32,000 nt of DNA from assembly GCF_000025925.1 (NCBI RefSeq), contig NC_014033.1, positions 2,640,001 through 2,672,000 on the forward strand. Direction: 5' to 3'. Every line of letters begins with the position of its first letter. The stretch's first letter is position 1. Both the position numbers and the translations under genes were made by a program. The notes under the pieces were generated by a model that was not told the origin of the DNA, did not search any database, and was given only the letters and a program-made list of their open reading frames with translations. This DNA comes from Xylanibacter ruminicola 23. GTDB lineage: Bacteria > Bacteroidota > Bacteroidia > Bacteroidales > Bacteroidaceae. Of the stretch, positions 1 through 9,285 are shown one piece after another.

Positions 1-1
1 C

Positions 2-1060
2 GAGGAGAACGCCTTTAAGCTTGGTGCAAAGGCTTATGTAACCCTCGATGTAACCCACGAGTATTACGAGAAATCGTTGAAGTATATGATTTTCGGAAAT
101 GTGCTGCGTAACAACTGCTACCCCATTTCTGTATCAAGCGAGCGTATTTTCCAGGCTATCGCCATCGCCCGCTATGCCAAGGAGATTGGTGCTGATGCCA
201 TCGCCCACGGTTCAACCGGTGCCGGAAACGACCAGATTCGTTTCGACATGACCTTCCTTGTAATGGCACCAGGCGTAGAGATTATCACCCTGACCCGCGA
301 TAAGAAACTGACTCGTAAAGAAGAAGTTGACTATCTGAACGAGCACGGATTCTTTGCTGATTTCACCAAGCTGAAGTACTCATATAACGTAGGTATCTGG
401 GGTACCAGTATCTGTGGCGGCGAGTTGCTCGATCCCACACAGGGACTGCCTGAAGAGGCTTACCTGAAGCACGTTACTGCCAAGGAGCAGGAAGCACTGC
501 TGAAGATTCAGTTCGACAAGGGCGAGATTGTAGCCGTAAACGATGAGAAGTTCGACGATAAGGTGAAAGCCATCCAGAAGATTGAAGAGATCGGTGCTAG
601 CTATGCCATTGGTCGTGATGCCAACGTAGGTGATACTATCATCGGTATAAAAGGTCGCGTAGGTTTCGAAGCTGCAGCCCCCAAGCTCATCATCGAAGCT
701 CACCGTCTGCTGGAGAAGTCAACACTCTCTAAGTGGCAGCAGTACTGGAAGGATCAGGTTGCCAACTGGTATGGCATGTTCCTGCACGAGAGTCAGTATC
801 TTGAGCCAGTGATGCCCGATATCGAGGCTATGCTTACCTCTTCGCAGCGCAACGTAACTGGTACAGCAATCCTGAAGCTTCGTCCTTACGGATTTGAGAC
901 TGTTGGTATCGACAGTGCTAACGACCTGACCAAGAGCAAGCTGGGCGAATACGGTGAGACTCAGACTGGTTGGACAGCCGACGAGGCCAAAGGCTTCATC
1001 AAAGTTAGCTCTACCCCACTGCGTGTATACTACGGCATCCACAAGGACGAGAAAAGATAA
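2..1060 (+). CDS. argG: argininosuccinate synthase, 5'-truncated by the window edge
   Basis: The frame is open from base 2 (EENAFKLGAKAYVTLDV... precedes the listed Met at 77). It carries the ArgG signature AHGSTGAGNDQIRFD and is followed by argC-argD, as in Bacteroidota arg clusters. Confidence 0.85.
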   Translation, partial: EENAFKLGAKAYVTLDVTHEYYEKSLKYMIFGNVLRNNCYPISVSSERIFQAIAIARYAKEIGADAIAHGSTGAGNDQIRFDMTFLVMAPGVEIITLTRDKKLTRKEEVDYLNEHGFFADFTKLKYSYNVGIWGTSICGGELLDPTQGLPEEAYLKHVTAKEQEALLKIQFDKGEIVAVNDEKFDDKVKAIQKIEEIGASYAIGRDANVGDTIIGIKGRVGFEAAAPKLIIEAHRLLEKSTLSKWQQYWKDQVANWYGMFLHESQYLEPVMPDIEAMLTSSQRNVTGTAILKLRPYGFETVGIDSANDLTKSKLGEYGETQTGWTADEAKGFIKVSSTPLRVYYGIHKDEKR

Positions 1061-1093
1061 GAATCACGGATTTCACGGATAAATACCGATTTT

Positions 1094-2059
1094 ATGATAA
1101 AGATTGGAATACTTGGTGCAGCAGGTTATACAGGCGGCGAACTCATCCGCTTGTTGCTGAACCATCCTGAAGCAGAGATTGTGTTTGCCAACTCAGAAAG
1201 TAATGCTGGCAATCTGGTATCGGATGTGCACGAAGGTCTGATTGGCGACACCGATCTGAAGTTTACCAGCGAGATGCCTTTCGATAAGGTAGATGTGGTA
1301 TTCTTCTGTTTCGGTCATGGTAAGAGTGAGGCGTTCCTGAAGGAGCACACCATCCCTGCAAACGTTAAAATCATCGACCTGGCACAGGACTTCCGCATCA
1401 AAGGCGACCACGACTATGTGTACGGCCTGCCCGAGATTAACAAGGAGGAGATTATGAAAGCTCAGCACCTGGCTAACCCAGGCTGCTTTGCTACTTGTAT
1501 CCAGCTCGCACTACTGCCTGCCGCTTATCTGAATCTGCTGAAAGAGGATGTGGCTGTGAATGCCATCACTGGTTCAACCGGTGCAGGCCAGAAGCCAGGC
1601 GCCACTACACACTTCTCATGGCGCAACAACAACCTGAGCATCTACAAGCCCTTCCAGCACCAACACATCGCTGAGATTCGTCAGTCATTGAAGCAGATTC
1701 AGGGCTATCTTGACGCTGATATCGACTTTATCCCCTATCGTGGCGACTTTGCCCGTGGCATTTTCTGCACAGCAGTTATCAAGACACCTGCCCCAGTAGA
1801 AGATGTGATTGAAGCTTACAAGGACTTCTATAAGGATGCAGCCTTTACCCACTATAGCGACAAAGCTATCGACCTGAAGCAGGTAGTAAATACCAACAAA
1901 GCTTTGGTACATGTAGAGAAATACGGCAGTAAACTGCTTGTTACCTCTGCTATCGACAACCTGTTGAAGGGTGCTGTTGGTCAGGCTGTACAAAACATGA
2001 ATATCATGTTCGGCATTGACGAGACTGCCGGACTGAAACTTAAAGCATCAGCTTTCTAA
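1094..2059 (+). CDS. argC: N-acetyl-gamma-glutamyl-phosphate reductase
   Basis: N-terminal Rossmann motif IGILGAAGYTGGELIRLL, catalytic-Cys motif NPGCFATC, C-terminal DNLLKGAVGQAVQNMN. Confidence 0.9.
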   Translation: MIKIGILGAAGYTGGELIRLLLNHPEAEIVFANSESNAGNLVSDVHEGLIGDTDLKFTSEMPFDKVDVVFFCFGHGKSEAFLKEHTIPANVKIIDLAQDFRIKGDHDYVYGLPEINKEEIMKAQHLANPGCFATCIQLALLPAAYLNLLKEDVAVNAITGSTGAGQKPGATTHFSWRNNNLSIYKPFQHQHIAEIRQSLKQIQGYLDADIDFIPYRGDFARGIFCTAVIKTPAPVEDVIEAYKDFYKDAAFTHYSDKAIDLKQVVNTNKALVHVEKYGSKLLVTSAIDNLLKGAVGQAVQNMNIMFGIDETAGLKLKASAF

Positions 2060-2081
2060 CAATTAAAAGAAAGGAAACGAC

Positions 2082-3221
2082 ATGAAACTATTCGACGTTT
2101 ATCCATTGTTCGATGTTAACATCGTAAAAGGAAAAGGTTGTAAAGTGTGGGACGACAAAGGTCAGGAGTATCTCGACCTTTACGGTGGACACGCTGTTAT
2201 CAGCATCGGCCACTCACATCCCCATTATATTAGTAAGGTAACAGAACAGTTGCAGAACATCGGTTTCTACTCTAACTCTGTTATCAACAAACTGCAAGTA
2301 CAGCTGGCTGAGCGTTTAGGCAAGATTTCGGGCTACGACGATTATCAGTTGTTCCTGATTAATTCTGGTGCCGAAGCTAACGAGAATGCCCTGAAGTTGG
2401 CCTCGTTCAAAACCGGCAACACCCGCGTGCTGAGTTGCGAGAAAGCATTCCACGGCCGTACCAGTCTGGCTGTCGAGGTAACAAACAATCCCAAGATTGT
2501 GGCTCCCATCAACGACAACCACCACGTACGTTTCCTGCCTTTGAACGATTTGGAGCCCTGGGTTCGCGAACTGTCGAAAGGTGGCGTAGCAGCTGTAATT
2601 CTGGAATGCATCCAGGGTGTAGGCGGTATCCAGATGGCCACACCTGAGTTTGCCCAGGGATTGGCTTACGCTTGTAAGCGTTATGGCGCCGTACTTATCT
2701 GCGACGAGATTCAGTGCGGCTATGGCCGAAGCGGAAAATTCTTTGCCCACCAATGGTTAGGCATCAAGCCCGATATCATCACCGTTGCCAAGGGTATCGC
2801 TAACGGATTCCCCATGGGTGGTGTGCTGATTTCACCAGAGTTCGAGCCTGTTTACGGACAGTTAGGCACCACCTTTGGTGGTAACCACCTGGCTTGTGCT
2901 GCAGCCTTGGCTACACTCGATGTATTTGAGAACGAAGGTCTGGTAGAGAATGCCCGCGAGGTAGGCGACTACCTGATGGAAGGCATTCGCAACATTGGTA
3001 GTTCGCACATCAAGGAGGTTCGCGGTCGCGGACTCATGATTGGTATCGAACTCGACATGCCACACGCCATGGTACGTAAGCCACTCATCAAGCATGAGCA
3101 TTGCTTTACCGGTTGTGCAGGTCAGAACATTCTGCGCTTGCTGCCACCACTCTGTCTCACCAAGGCAGAAGCCGACGACTTTATCGAAAGACTGATTAGA
3201 GTAAAACCCGAGGAATTATGA
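2082..3221 (+). CDS. argD: acetyl/succinyl-ornithine aminotransferase (class III PLP aminotransferase)
   Basis: GGHAVISIGHSHP, DEIQCGYGRSGKFFA, PLP-lysine region TVAKGIANGFPMGG. Position is between argC and proC. Confidence 0.85.
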   Translation: MKLFDVYPLFDVNIVKGKGCKVWDDKGQEYLDLYGGHAVISIGHSHPHYISKVTEQLQNIGFYSNSVINKLQVQLAERLGKISGYDDYQLFLINSGAEANENALKLASFKTGNTRVLSCEKAFHGRTSLAVEVTNNPKIVAPINDNHHVRFLPLNDLEPWVRELSKGGVAAVILECIQGVGGIQMATPEFAQGLAYACKRYGAVLICDEIQCGYGRSGKFFAHQWLGIKPDIITVAKGIANGFPMGGVLISPEFEPVYGQLGTTFGGNHLACAAALATLDVFENEGLVENAREVGDYLMEGIRNIGSSHIKEVRGRGLMIGIELDMPHAMVRKPLIKHEHCFTGCAGQNILRLLPPLCLTKAEADDFIERLIRVKPEEL

Positions 3222-3997
3222 AAATTTCAGTAATAGGCGCAGGCGCCATGGGTGGCGCTACCGTCGAAGGTCTGATCAAAGGCCATCAGTTTAAGAACGA
3301 GGATATCACCGTAAGCGATCCTTCGCAAGCGGTTGTAGATAAGTTTGCCAAGTTAGGTGTTAACGTAACTACCGACAACCAGCAGGCAGCCAAGACTGCC
3401 GATATTGTTTGCGTAGTTGTAAAACCTTGGTTAGTAGAGCGTGTACTCACCGACATCAAAGCCGAACTCGACCCCAAGAAACAACTACTGATTGTAATTG
3501 CCGCAGGCGTTCCTTCAGCAAGCATCAAGGAATGGTTGGGTGCAAACTGTCCCCCACTCTTCCTGGTTATTCCAAACATCGCCATTGCCCAGTTGGCTTC
3601 GATGACCTTTATCGTACCTTGCGATACTACCCAGCAGCAGACAGAACTGATTCAGGGTATCTTTAACGATATGGGAACGTCACTCCTCACCGACGAGCAA
3701 CACTTGGCATCAGGTACCACGCTGGCCAGTTGCGGTATTGCTTATGCCATGCGCTATATCCGTGCGGCAGCCGAAGGTGGTGTAGAGTTAGGCTTCAAGG
3801 CCGATGATGCTAAGAAGATTGTGATGCAGACTATGAAAGGCGCTGTTGAACTGCTGGAAGCCAGCGGTATGCACCCCGAAGCTGCCATCGATCTGGTTAC
3901 CACTCCTGGTGGTTTAACCATCAAGGGTCTCAACGAGATGGAACATGCAGGTTTCACCTCTGCTGTTATCCGCGGTCTTAAAGCAGGACTCAAATGA
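3218..3997 (+). CDS. proC: pyrroline-5-carboxylate reductase
   Basis: Rossmann motif ISVIGAGAMGGA, C-terminal P5CR signature VTTPGGLTIKGL. ATGA overlap with the argD stop. Confidence 0.85.
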   Translation: MKISVIGAGAMGGATVEGLIKGHQFKNEDITVSDPSQAVVDKFAKLGVNVTTDNQQAAKTADIVCVVVKPWLVERVLTDIKAELDPKKQLLIVIAAGVPSASIKEWLGANCPPLFLVIPNIAIAQLASMTFIVPCDTTQQQTELIQGIFNDMGTSLLTDEQHLASGTTLASCGIAYAMRYIRAAAEGGVELGFKADDAKKIVMQTMKGAVELLEASGMHPEAAIDLVTTPGGLTIKGLNEMEHAGFTSAVIRGLKAGLK

Positions 3998-4608
3998 AAC
4001 GCCTCCTTTATATTCTGCTTGTCTTATGCCTAAGCCTGACTGCAAAGGCGCAGGACAATGCCAACGCCCGCCAAGCCAAGCGTGTGTTTAATACCGCTTG
4101 GAACCATATCTATGGTAAGGAGGGCGTTACATTCCATTATAAGATAGACATTCTTCACGTATACAAAGAAGAAGGCACCTCATGGAATAAGGGCGACAAA
4201 GCCAAGTCGGAATATAAGGACTCCAAGATGTGGAACGACGGTAACCTCAAATATATCCTCCGCGAGAAGAAAGGCATCGTAGAGATTCACGACCCTAAAG
4301 TAAACAAGAAGAACGAAAAGCTGCAGATGTTCAAATTCGAACCCGACAGCTACAACTACTCTATCGCCAAGGATCCTGACGGTTTGTTGGTCACCCTCCA
4401 AGCCAAGCCTGATGCCAAAGTAAAGATGAAAAAGATAATTGCCCTGCTCAATCCAGGCAATTACTATCCCAAGAAGCTACGTATAAAAGTTAGCATTTTC
4501 TGGGCCACTATCACTTTTTCAAACTTTAAGGCAGGTAACATCGACGATAGCATTTTCGTTTTCCCCAAAGAAAAATATGCGAATTACAAAATCATAGATG
4601 AACGATAA
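3994..4608 (+). CDS. small secreted protein of unknown function (possibly a LolA-like/lipoprotein-sorting fold)
   Basis: Signal peptide MKRLLYILLVLCLSLTAKA/QD, Lys-rich beta-type sequence, ATGA overlap with the proC stop. The fold assignment is a guess. Confidence 0.55.
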   Translation: MKRLLYILLVLCLSLTAKAQDNANARQAKRVFNTAWNHIYGKEGVTFHYKIDILHVYKEEGTSWNKGDKAKSEYKDSKMWNDGNLKYILREKKGIVEIHDPKVNKKNEKLQMFKFEPDSYNYSIAKDPDGLLVTLQAKPDAKVKMKKIIALLNPGNYYPKKLRIKVSIFWATITFSNFKAGNIDDSIFVFPKEKYANYKIIDER

Positions 4609-4622
4609 ATAACATAGAACAC

Positions 4623-5186
4623 ATGGACGAGCAATTAAAGCAAATAGGAGAACGCCTTCGCGGTTTGCGCGATGTTCTCGACATTCCAGTAAGCGAGATG
4701 GCCGAGACTATCGGTATCGACTCAGAAAAGTACGAGAAGATTGAGAAAGGTGAGCTTGACATCACCATCTCAAACCTCATGAAGATAGCCCACAAGTATG
4801 GTGTATCAGCCGAGGAACTGATGTTTGCCGAGGCACCCCATATGAAGTCGTACTTTGTAGTACGTAAAGGTCAGGGCATGAGCGTAGAGCGCACCAAGGC
4901 TTACAAGTATCAGAGTCTGGTAAGTGGATTTGTAAACCACCAGGCCGATGTATTCATTGTAACTGTAGAGCCCAAGCCAGGCGCTCGCACCATTTACAAA
5001 AATACCCACCCAGGTCAGGAGTTCAACATGGTACTCGAGGGTAAGATGGAACTCTTTATCGGTGGCAAGACCATCATTCTCGACGAGGGTGACAGCATCT
5101 ATTTCGACTCATCAAAGCCCCATGGCATGCTGGCCGTAGGCGACAAACCCGTGAAGTTCCTCGCCTTTACAGTCGAAAAGAATTGA
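4623..5186 (+). CDS. XRE-family HTH transcriptional regulator with a C-terminal cupin domain
   Basis: N-terminal HTH_3-like region IGERLRGLRDVLDIPVSEMAETIGIDSEKYEKIEKG. C-terminal cupin motifs HPGQEFNMVLEGKMEL...GDSIYFDSSKPHG. Confidence 0.8.
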   Translation: MDEQLKQIGERLRGLRDVLDIPVSEMAETIGIDSEKYEKIEKGELDITISNLMKIAHKYGVSAEELMFAEAPHMKSYFVVRKGQGMSVERTKAYKYQSLVSGFVNHQADVFIVTVEPKPGARTIYKNTHPGQEFNMVLEGKMELFIGGKTIILDEGDSIYFDSSKPHGMLAVGDKPVKFLAFTVEKN

Positions 5187-5214
5187 AGAATTGAAAGATT
5201 GAAGAAATAAATTT

Positions 5215-6867
5215 ATGGTAGAAAGATTTTTAAAGCAGACACATTTCGAGTCTGTAGAGGATTACAATAAGAATCTGGAGTTTATCATTCCAGAGAACTT
5301 CAACTTTGCCTACGACGTGATGGATGCGTGGGCAGAGGAAGCACCCGAGAAGTTAGCATTGCTTTGGACCAACGACCAGGGCGAAGAGATACGTACCACC
5401 TATGGTGAGTTAAAGGAACAGAGCGATCAGGCTGCATCATACCTGATGTCGCTGGGTATCGGTAAGGGCGATCCCGTCATGCTCATCCTGAAGCGTCACT
5501 ACGAGTGGTGGGTTATCATGTTGGCGTTATGTAAGATCGGTGCCATTGTAATTCCCGCTACCCACATGCTCACCAAGCACGACTACGTATATCGTAACAC
5601 ACGTGCCTCAGTAAAGGCCATCATCTGTGCTGACGATGACTATATCATCAGTCAGATCAAGCTGGCCATGCCTGAGAGTCCTACGGTAAAGCAATATATC
5701 ACACTGCGCGACGAGGAAGGTTTCCACAACTGGAAGGCAGAATGGCAGCAGGCCCCCAAGTTCGAGCGTCCTGCCTTCGTTAATAACAACGAAGACACCA
5801 TGATTATGTACTTCACCTCTGGTACCAGTGGCGAGCCAAAGATGGTTGCACACGATTATCTGTATGCCATGGGCCACCTCACCACAGGTGTATTCTGGCA
5901 CAACCTGCACGAAGGCTCACTCCACCTCACCGTAGCCGATACTGGTTGGGGTAAGGCTGTATGGGGTAAGTTCTACGGTCAGTGGTTTGCCGGTGCTACC
6001 GTGTTCGTATTCGACCACGAGAAGTTTAATGCCGACACCCTGCTGCGCCAGATGGAGAAGTATAAGGTTACCAGTTTCTGTGCACCTCCCACCATCTACC
6101 GTTTTATGATTCGTGAGGATTTGAGCAAGTATGACCTGAGCAGTCTCCAGTATTGCTGTACCGCAGGCGAGGCCCTGAACCCCGCAGTATATGATAAGTT
6201 CTACGAGAAGACCGGCATCCGCATGATGGAGGGCTTCGGTCAGACCGAAACCACCATGACCCTCGGTACCTTCCCTTGGATGACACCAAAGCCCGGTTCG
6301 ATGGGTATCCCTAATGCTCAGTACAATATTGATCTGCTGCGTGCCGACGGAACTTCATGTGAGGATGGTGAGAAAGGTGAGATCGTGGTACGCGTAGGCG
6401 ATAAGAAGCCTATCGGTTTGTTTAAGGGCTACTACCGCGATGAGGAGAAAACCCGCGAGGCCTGGCACGACGGCATCTATCACACCGGAGATATGGCTTG
6501 GCGCGATGAAGACGGTTACTACTGGTTCGAAGGTCGTATCGACGATGTGATCAAGAGCTCAGGTTACCGCATTGGCCCATTCGAGGTTGAGAGTGCCCTG
6601 ATGACTCACCCTGCCGTAGTTGAGTGCGCCATCACAGGTGTACCCGACGATATCCGCGGTATGGTGGTAAAGGCAACCGTTGTACTCGGCAAAGAGTGGA
6701 AGGACAAGGCTGGCGACGATCTCGTAAAGGAACTGCAGCAGCATGTTAAAAAGGAGACAGCGCCTTACAAGTACCCACGTATTGTGGAGTTTGTTGACGA
6801 ACTGCCAAAGACCATCAGTGGTAAGATTCGCCGCGTAGAGATTCGCAAGAAAGACGCGGAGAAATAA
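5215..6867 (+). CDS. AMP-forming acyl-CoA synthetase (acetyl/medium-chain type)
   Basis: AMP-binding motifs YFTSGTSGEPK, GYRIGPFEVE and C-terminal SGKIRR. 550 aa. Confidence 0.85.
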   Translation: MVERFLKQTHFESVEDYNKNLEFIIPENFNFAYDVMDAWAEEAPEKLALLWTNDQGEEIRTTYGELKEQSDQAASYLMSLGIGKGDPVMLILKRHYEWWVIMLALCKIGAIVIPATHMLTKHDYVYRNTRASVKAIICADDDYIISQIKLAMPESPTVKQYITLRDEEGFHNWKAEWQQAPKFERPAFVNNNEDTMIMYFTSGTSGEPKMVAHDYLYAMGHLTTGVFWHNLHEGSLHLTVADTGWGKAVWGKFYGQWFAGATVFVFDHEKFNADTLLRQMEKYKVTSFCAPPTIYRFMIREDLSKYDLSSLQYCCTAGEALNPAVYDKFYEKTGIRMMEGFGQTETTMTLGTFPWMTPKPGSMGIPNAQYNIDLLRADGTSCEDGEKGEIVVRVGDKKPIGLFKGYYRDEEKTREAWHDGIYHTGDMAWRDEDGYYWFEGRIDDVIKSSGYRIGPFEVESALMTHPAVVECAITGVPDDIRGMVVKATVVLGKEWKDKAGDDLVKELQQHVKKETAPYKYPRIVEFVDELPKTISGKIRRVEIRKKDAEK

Positions 6868-6883
6868 TGATGAAAGAATAGTT

Positions 6884-7243
6884 ATGGCTGCACATAATGA
6901 GTTAGGGAAATGGGGCGAAGACAAAGCCACCGAATACCTACAGCATCATGGCTATCGTATAATAGAACGCGACTGGAAGTCGGGGCGTCGGGATATCGAC
7001 ATCATCGCCACAGACGGTAACGAAGTGGTATTTGTTGAAGTCAAAACCCGTCGCAACCGATTGTTCGGTGACCCTGAAGAGGCTGTCGACTACCGTAAGT
7101 TACAGAATCTCCGTCTGGCCATCAACCACTACATTAAGTACCGCCGTATCAACAGCGATGTTAGGTTCGACATTATTACTGTAGTCGGCACGATGGGTCA
7201 GCAACCAGAAATAGATCACATCAAAGATGTACGATTATATTAG
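6884..7243 (+). CDS. YraN-family (UPF0102) endonuclease-like protein
   Basis: 119 aa with GYRIIERDWKSGRRDIDIIA...VVFVEVKTR, the typical restriction-endonuclease-like core of YraN. Confidence 0.8.
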   Translation: MAAHNELGKWGEDKATEYLQHHGYRIIERDWKSGRRDIDIIATDGNEVVFVEVKTRRNRLFGDPEEAVDYRKLQNLRLAINHYIKYRRINSDVRFDIITVVGTMGQQPEIDHIKDVRLY

Positions 7244-7246
7244 AAG

Positions 7247-8014
7247 ATGAAGAAAAGAATTGTTATCAAAGTAGGTTCGAACGTACTGACACGAGCAGAT
7301 GGCAAACTGGACGTCACCCGCATGTCGGCGTTGGTCGATCAGATAGCTTGGTTGCGCAAGCAGAATATCGAGGTGATCCTTGTTACCTCGGGTGCCGTAG
7401 CCTGCGGTAGACGCGAACTCACTGTCGACCACTCGCTTGATTCGGTTGAACAGCGCCAGTTGTTCTCTGCTGTCGGTCAGGTAAAACTCGTAGGTCTTTA
7501 CTACGACTTGTTCCGCGAGTTTGGTATTCACGTTGGTCAGGTGCTCACCATGAAGGAGAACTTCCAGCCAGGCGAGCAGTATCGCAACCAGCAGGCATGT
7601 ATGACGGTGATGCTGGAGAACGATGTTCTCCCCATCGTTAACGAGAACGACACCGTATCAGTTACCGAGCTGATGTTTACAGATAACGATGAACTCTCGG
7701 GCCTCATCGCACAGATGATGAAAGCCGATTCACTGATTCTGCTCTCTAACATCGATGGTATCTATACCGGTCACCCCGATGATCCTTCATCGGAACTGAT
7801 ACAGACCGTTGCACCTTGCACCGACCTTTCAAAATTTATCCAGAAGGAGAAGAGTGCTTTCGGACGTGGTGGTATGCACTCAAAATACCACACGGCCAGC
7901 AACATCCAGTCGGCAGGCATCCACGTTATCATCGCTAATGGTACCCGCGATGATATCCTGATCGACTTGATTGAAAGACCAGAGTCAACACCTCACACTG
8001 AATTCCTAACATAA
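7247..8014 (+). CDS. proB: glutamate 5-kinase (short form, no PUA domain)
   Basis: [30 protein letters not shown] and TDNDELS amino-acid-kinase motifs. Directly upstream of proA. Confidence 0.85.
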   Translation: MKKRIVIKVGSNVLTRADGKLDVTRMSALVDQIAWLRKQNIEVILVTSGAVACGRRELTVDHSLDSVEQRQLFSAVGQVKLVGLYYDLFREFGIHVGQVLTMKENFQPGEQYRNQQACMTVMLENDVLPIVNENDTVSVTELMFTDNDELSGLIAQMMKADSLILLSNIDGIYTGHPDDPSSELIQTVAPCTDLSKFIQKEKSAFGRGGMHSKYHTASNIQSAGIHVIIANGTRDDILIDLIERPESTPHTEFLT

Positions 8015-8021
8015 TAGAGCT

Positions 8022-9263
8022 ATGCAACTCAAAGATACATTCGAACGTGTAAAACGTGCCAGCAAGAGTCTGGCTCTGCTTACCGACGAGCAGCGCAACG
8101 AGATACTCAATGCCGTTGCCAATGCTATCATTAATCATAAGGCAAGAATCCTGGAGGCAAACGCCCAGGATTTGGCCAAGATGTCGAAAGCCAACCCATT
8201 GTACGACCGTCTGCAACTCACAGATAGCCGTTTAGAGGGTATTGCTTCCGACATGCGCAACGTAGCCACCCTCCCCTCACCATTGGGACATGTCACCAAA
8301 CAGAAAACGCTACCTAACGGACTTCGTCTATGTCGTGTCAGCGTGCCCTTTGGTGTAATTGGTATGATTTACGAAGCGCGCCCTAATGTTACGTTCGATG
8401 TATTCTCGCTCTGCTTTAAGAGCGGTAATGCTTGCATACTGAAAGGTGGAAAGGATGCCGACTGCAGTAACCGCGAGGAAGTTGCACTCATTCATGAGAT
8501 ATTGGAACAGTTTGGTGTATCCAAAGATGTGGTTGCCCTGCTGCCCGCCACTCATGAGGCTACAGGCGAGATGCTGAATGCTGTGGGTTATGTAGATCTC
8601 TGCATTCCTCGTGGCGGTCGTAAGCTGATTGACTTTGTGCGCGACACAGCTCGTATACCTGTTATCGAAACAGGTGCCGGTGTAGTAAACACCTATTTCG
8701 ACGCCGAGGGCGACTTAGAGATGGGATGTGCAATCATTAACAATGCCAAAACTCGCCGTGTATCTGTTTGCAACGCACTCGACTGTCTGCTAATACACGA
8801 GAGCCGCCTGGCCGATCTGCCTGCTCTCTGCCAGAAAATGGCCGACAAGCATGTTATCATCTATGCCGACAAACAGGCATACCAAGCCCTCGATGGCAAT
8901 TATCCTTTCTTGGAGCCAGCCACCGACGACAGTTTCGGAACCGAGTTTATGGATTATAAGCTTGCTATCAAGACTGTTGCTTCGCTTGACGAAGCTCTCG
9001 ACCATATAGACCAGAACGGCAGCGGACATAGCGAAGCTATCGTTACGATGAACGAACAAACTGCCCGTAAGTTCCAGGCTCATGTTGATGCAGCCTGCGT
9101 TTACTGGAATGCCCCCACCTCGTTTACCGATGGTGCTCAGTTCGGTCTTGGTGCCGAGATTGGCATTTCTACCCAGAAGCTAGGCCCCCGTGGTCCTATG
9201 GCACTCGAAGAAATAACCACCTACAAGTGGCTCATCGAAGGTGAAGGACAGATACGTCCATAG
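8022..9263 (+). CDS. proA: glutamate-5-semialdehyde dehydrogenase (gamma-glutamyl phosphate reductase)
   Basis: 413 aa, catalytic-Cys region [21 protein letters not shown]-terminal [16 protein letters not shown]. Confidence 0.9.
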   Translation: MQLKDTFERVKRASKSLALLTDEQRNEILNAVANAIINHKARILEANAQDLAKMSKANPLYDRLQLTDSRLEGIASDMRNVATLPSPLGHVTKQKTLPNGLRLCRVSVPFGVIGMIYEARPNVTFDVFSLCFKSGNACILKGGKDADCSNREEVALIHEILEQFGVSKDVVALLPATHEATGEMLNAVGYVDLCIPRGGRKLIDFVRDTARIPVIETGAGVVNTYFDAEGDLEMGCAIINNAKTRRVSVCNALDCLLIHESRLADLPALCQKMADKHVIIYADKQAYQALDGNYPFLEPATDDSFGTEFMDYKLAIKTVASLDEALDHIDQNGSGHSEAIVTMNEQTARKFQAHVDAACVYWNAPTSFTDGAQFGLGAEIGISTQKLGPRGPMALEEITTYKWLIEGEGQIRP

Positions 9264-9285
9264 TTATATATAAGGAGGGAACAAA

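Noticed and set aside
1064-1080. Direct repeat TCACGGAT-T-TCACGGAT between argG and argC. The same 8-mer forms the stem of the terminator at 20781-20811.
   Set aside because: I could not scan the window exhaustively by eye, and the argG-argC copy does not match any ARG-box form I know. With only these occurrences it may be coincidence. It would be worth a genome-wide k-mer count, but it is not claimed as a feature.
5181-5206. Three tandem copies of (A)ATTGAA(A)G spanning the stop codon of the XRE-cupin gene.
   Set aside because: It is very short, AT-rich and imperfect, with no symmetry suggesting a binding site. It is most simply a purine-rich spacer ahead of the next start codon.
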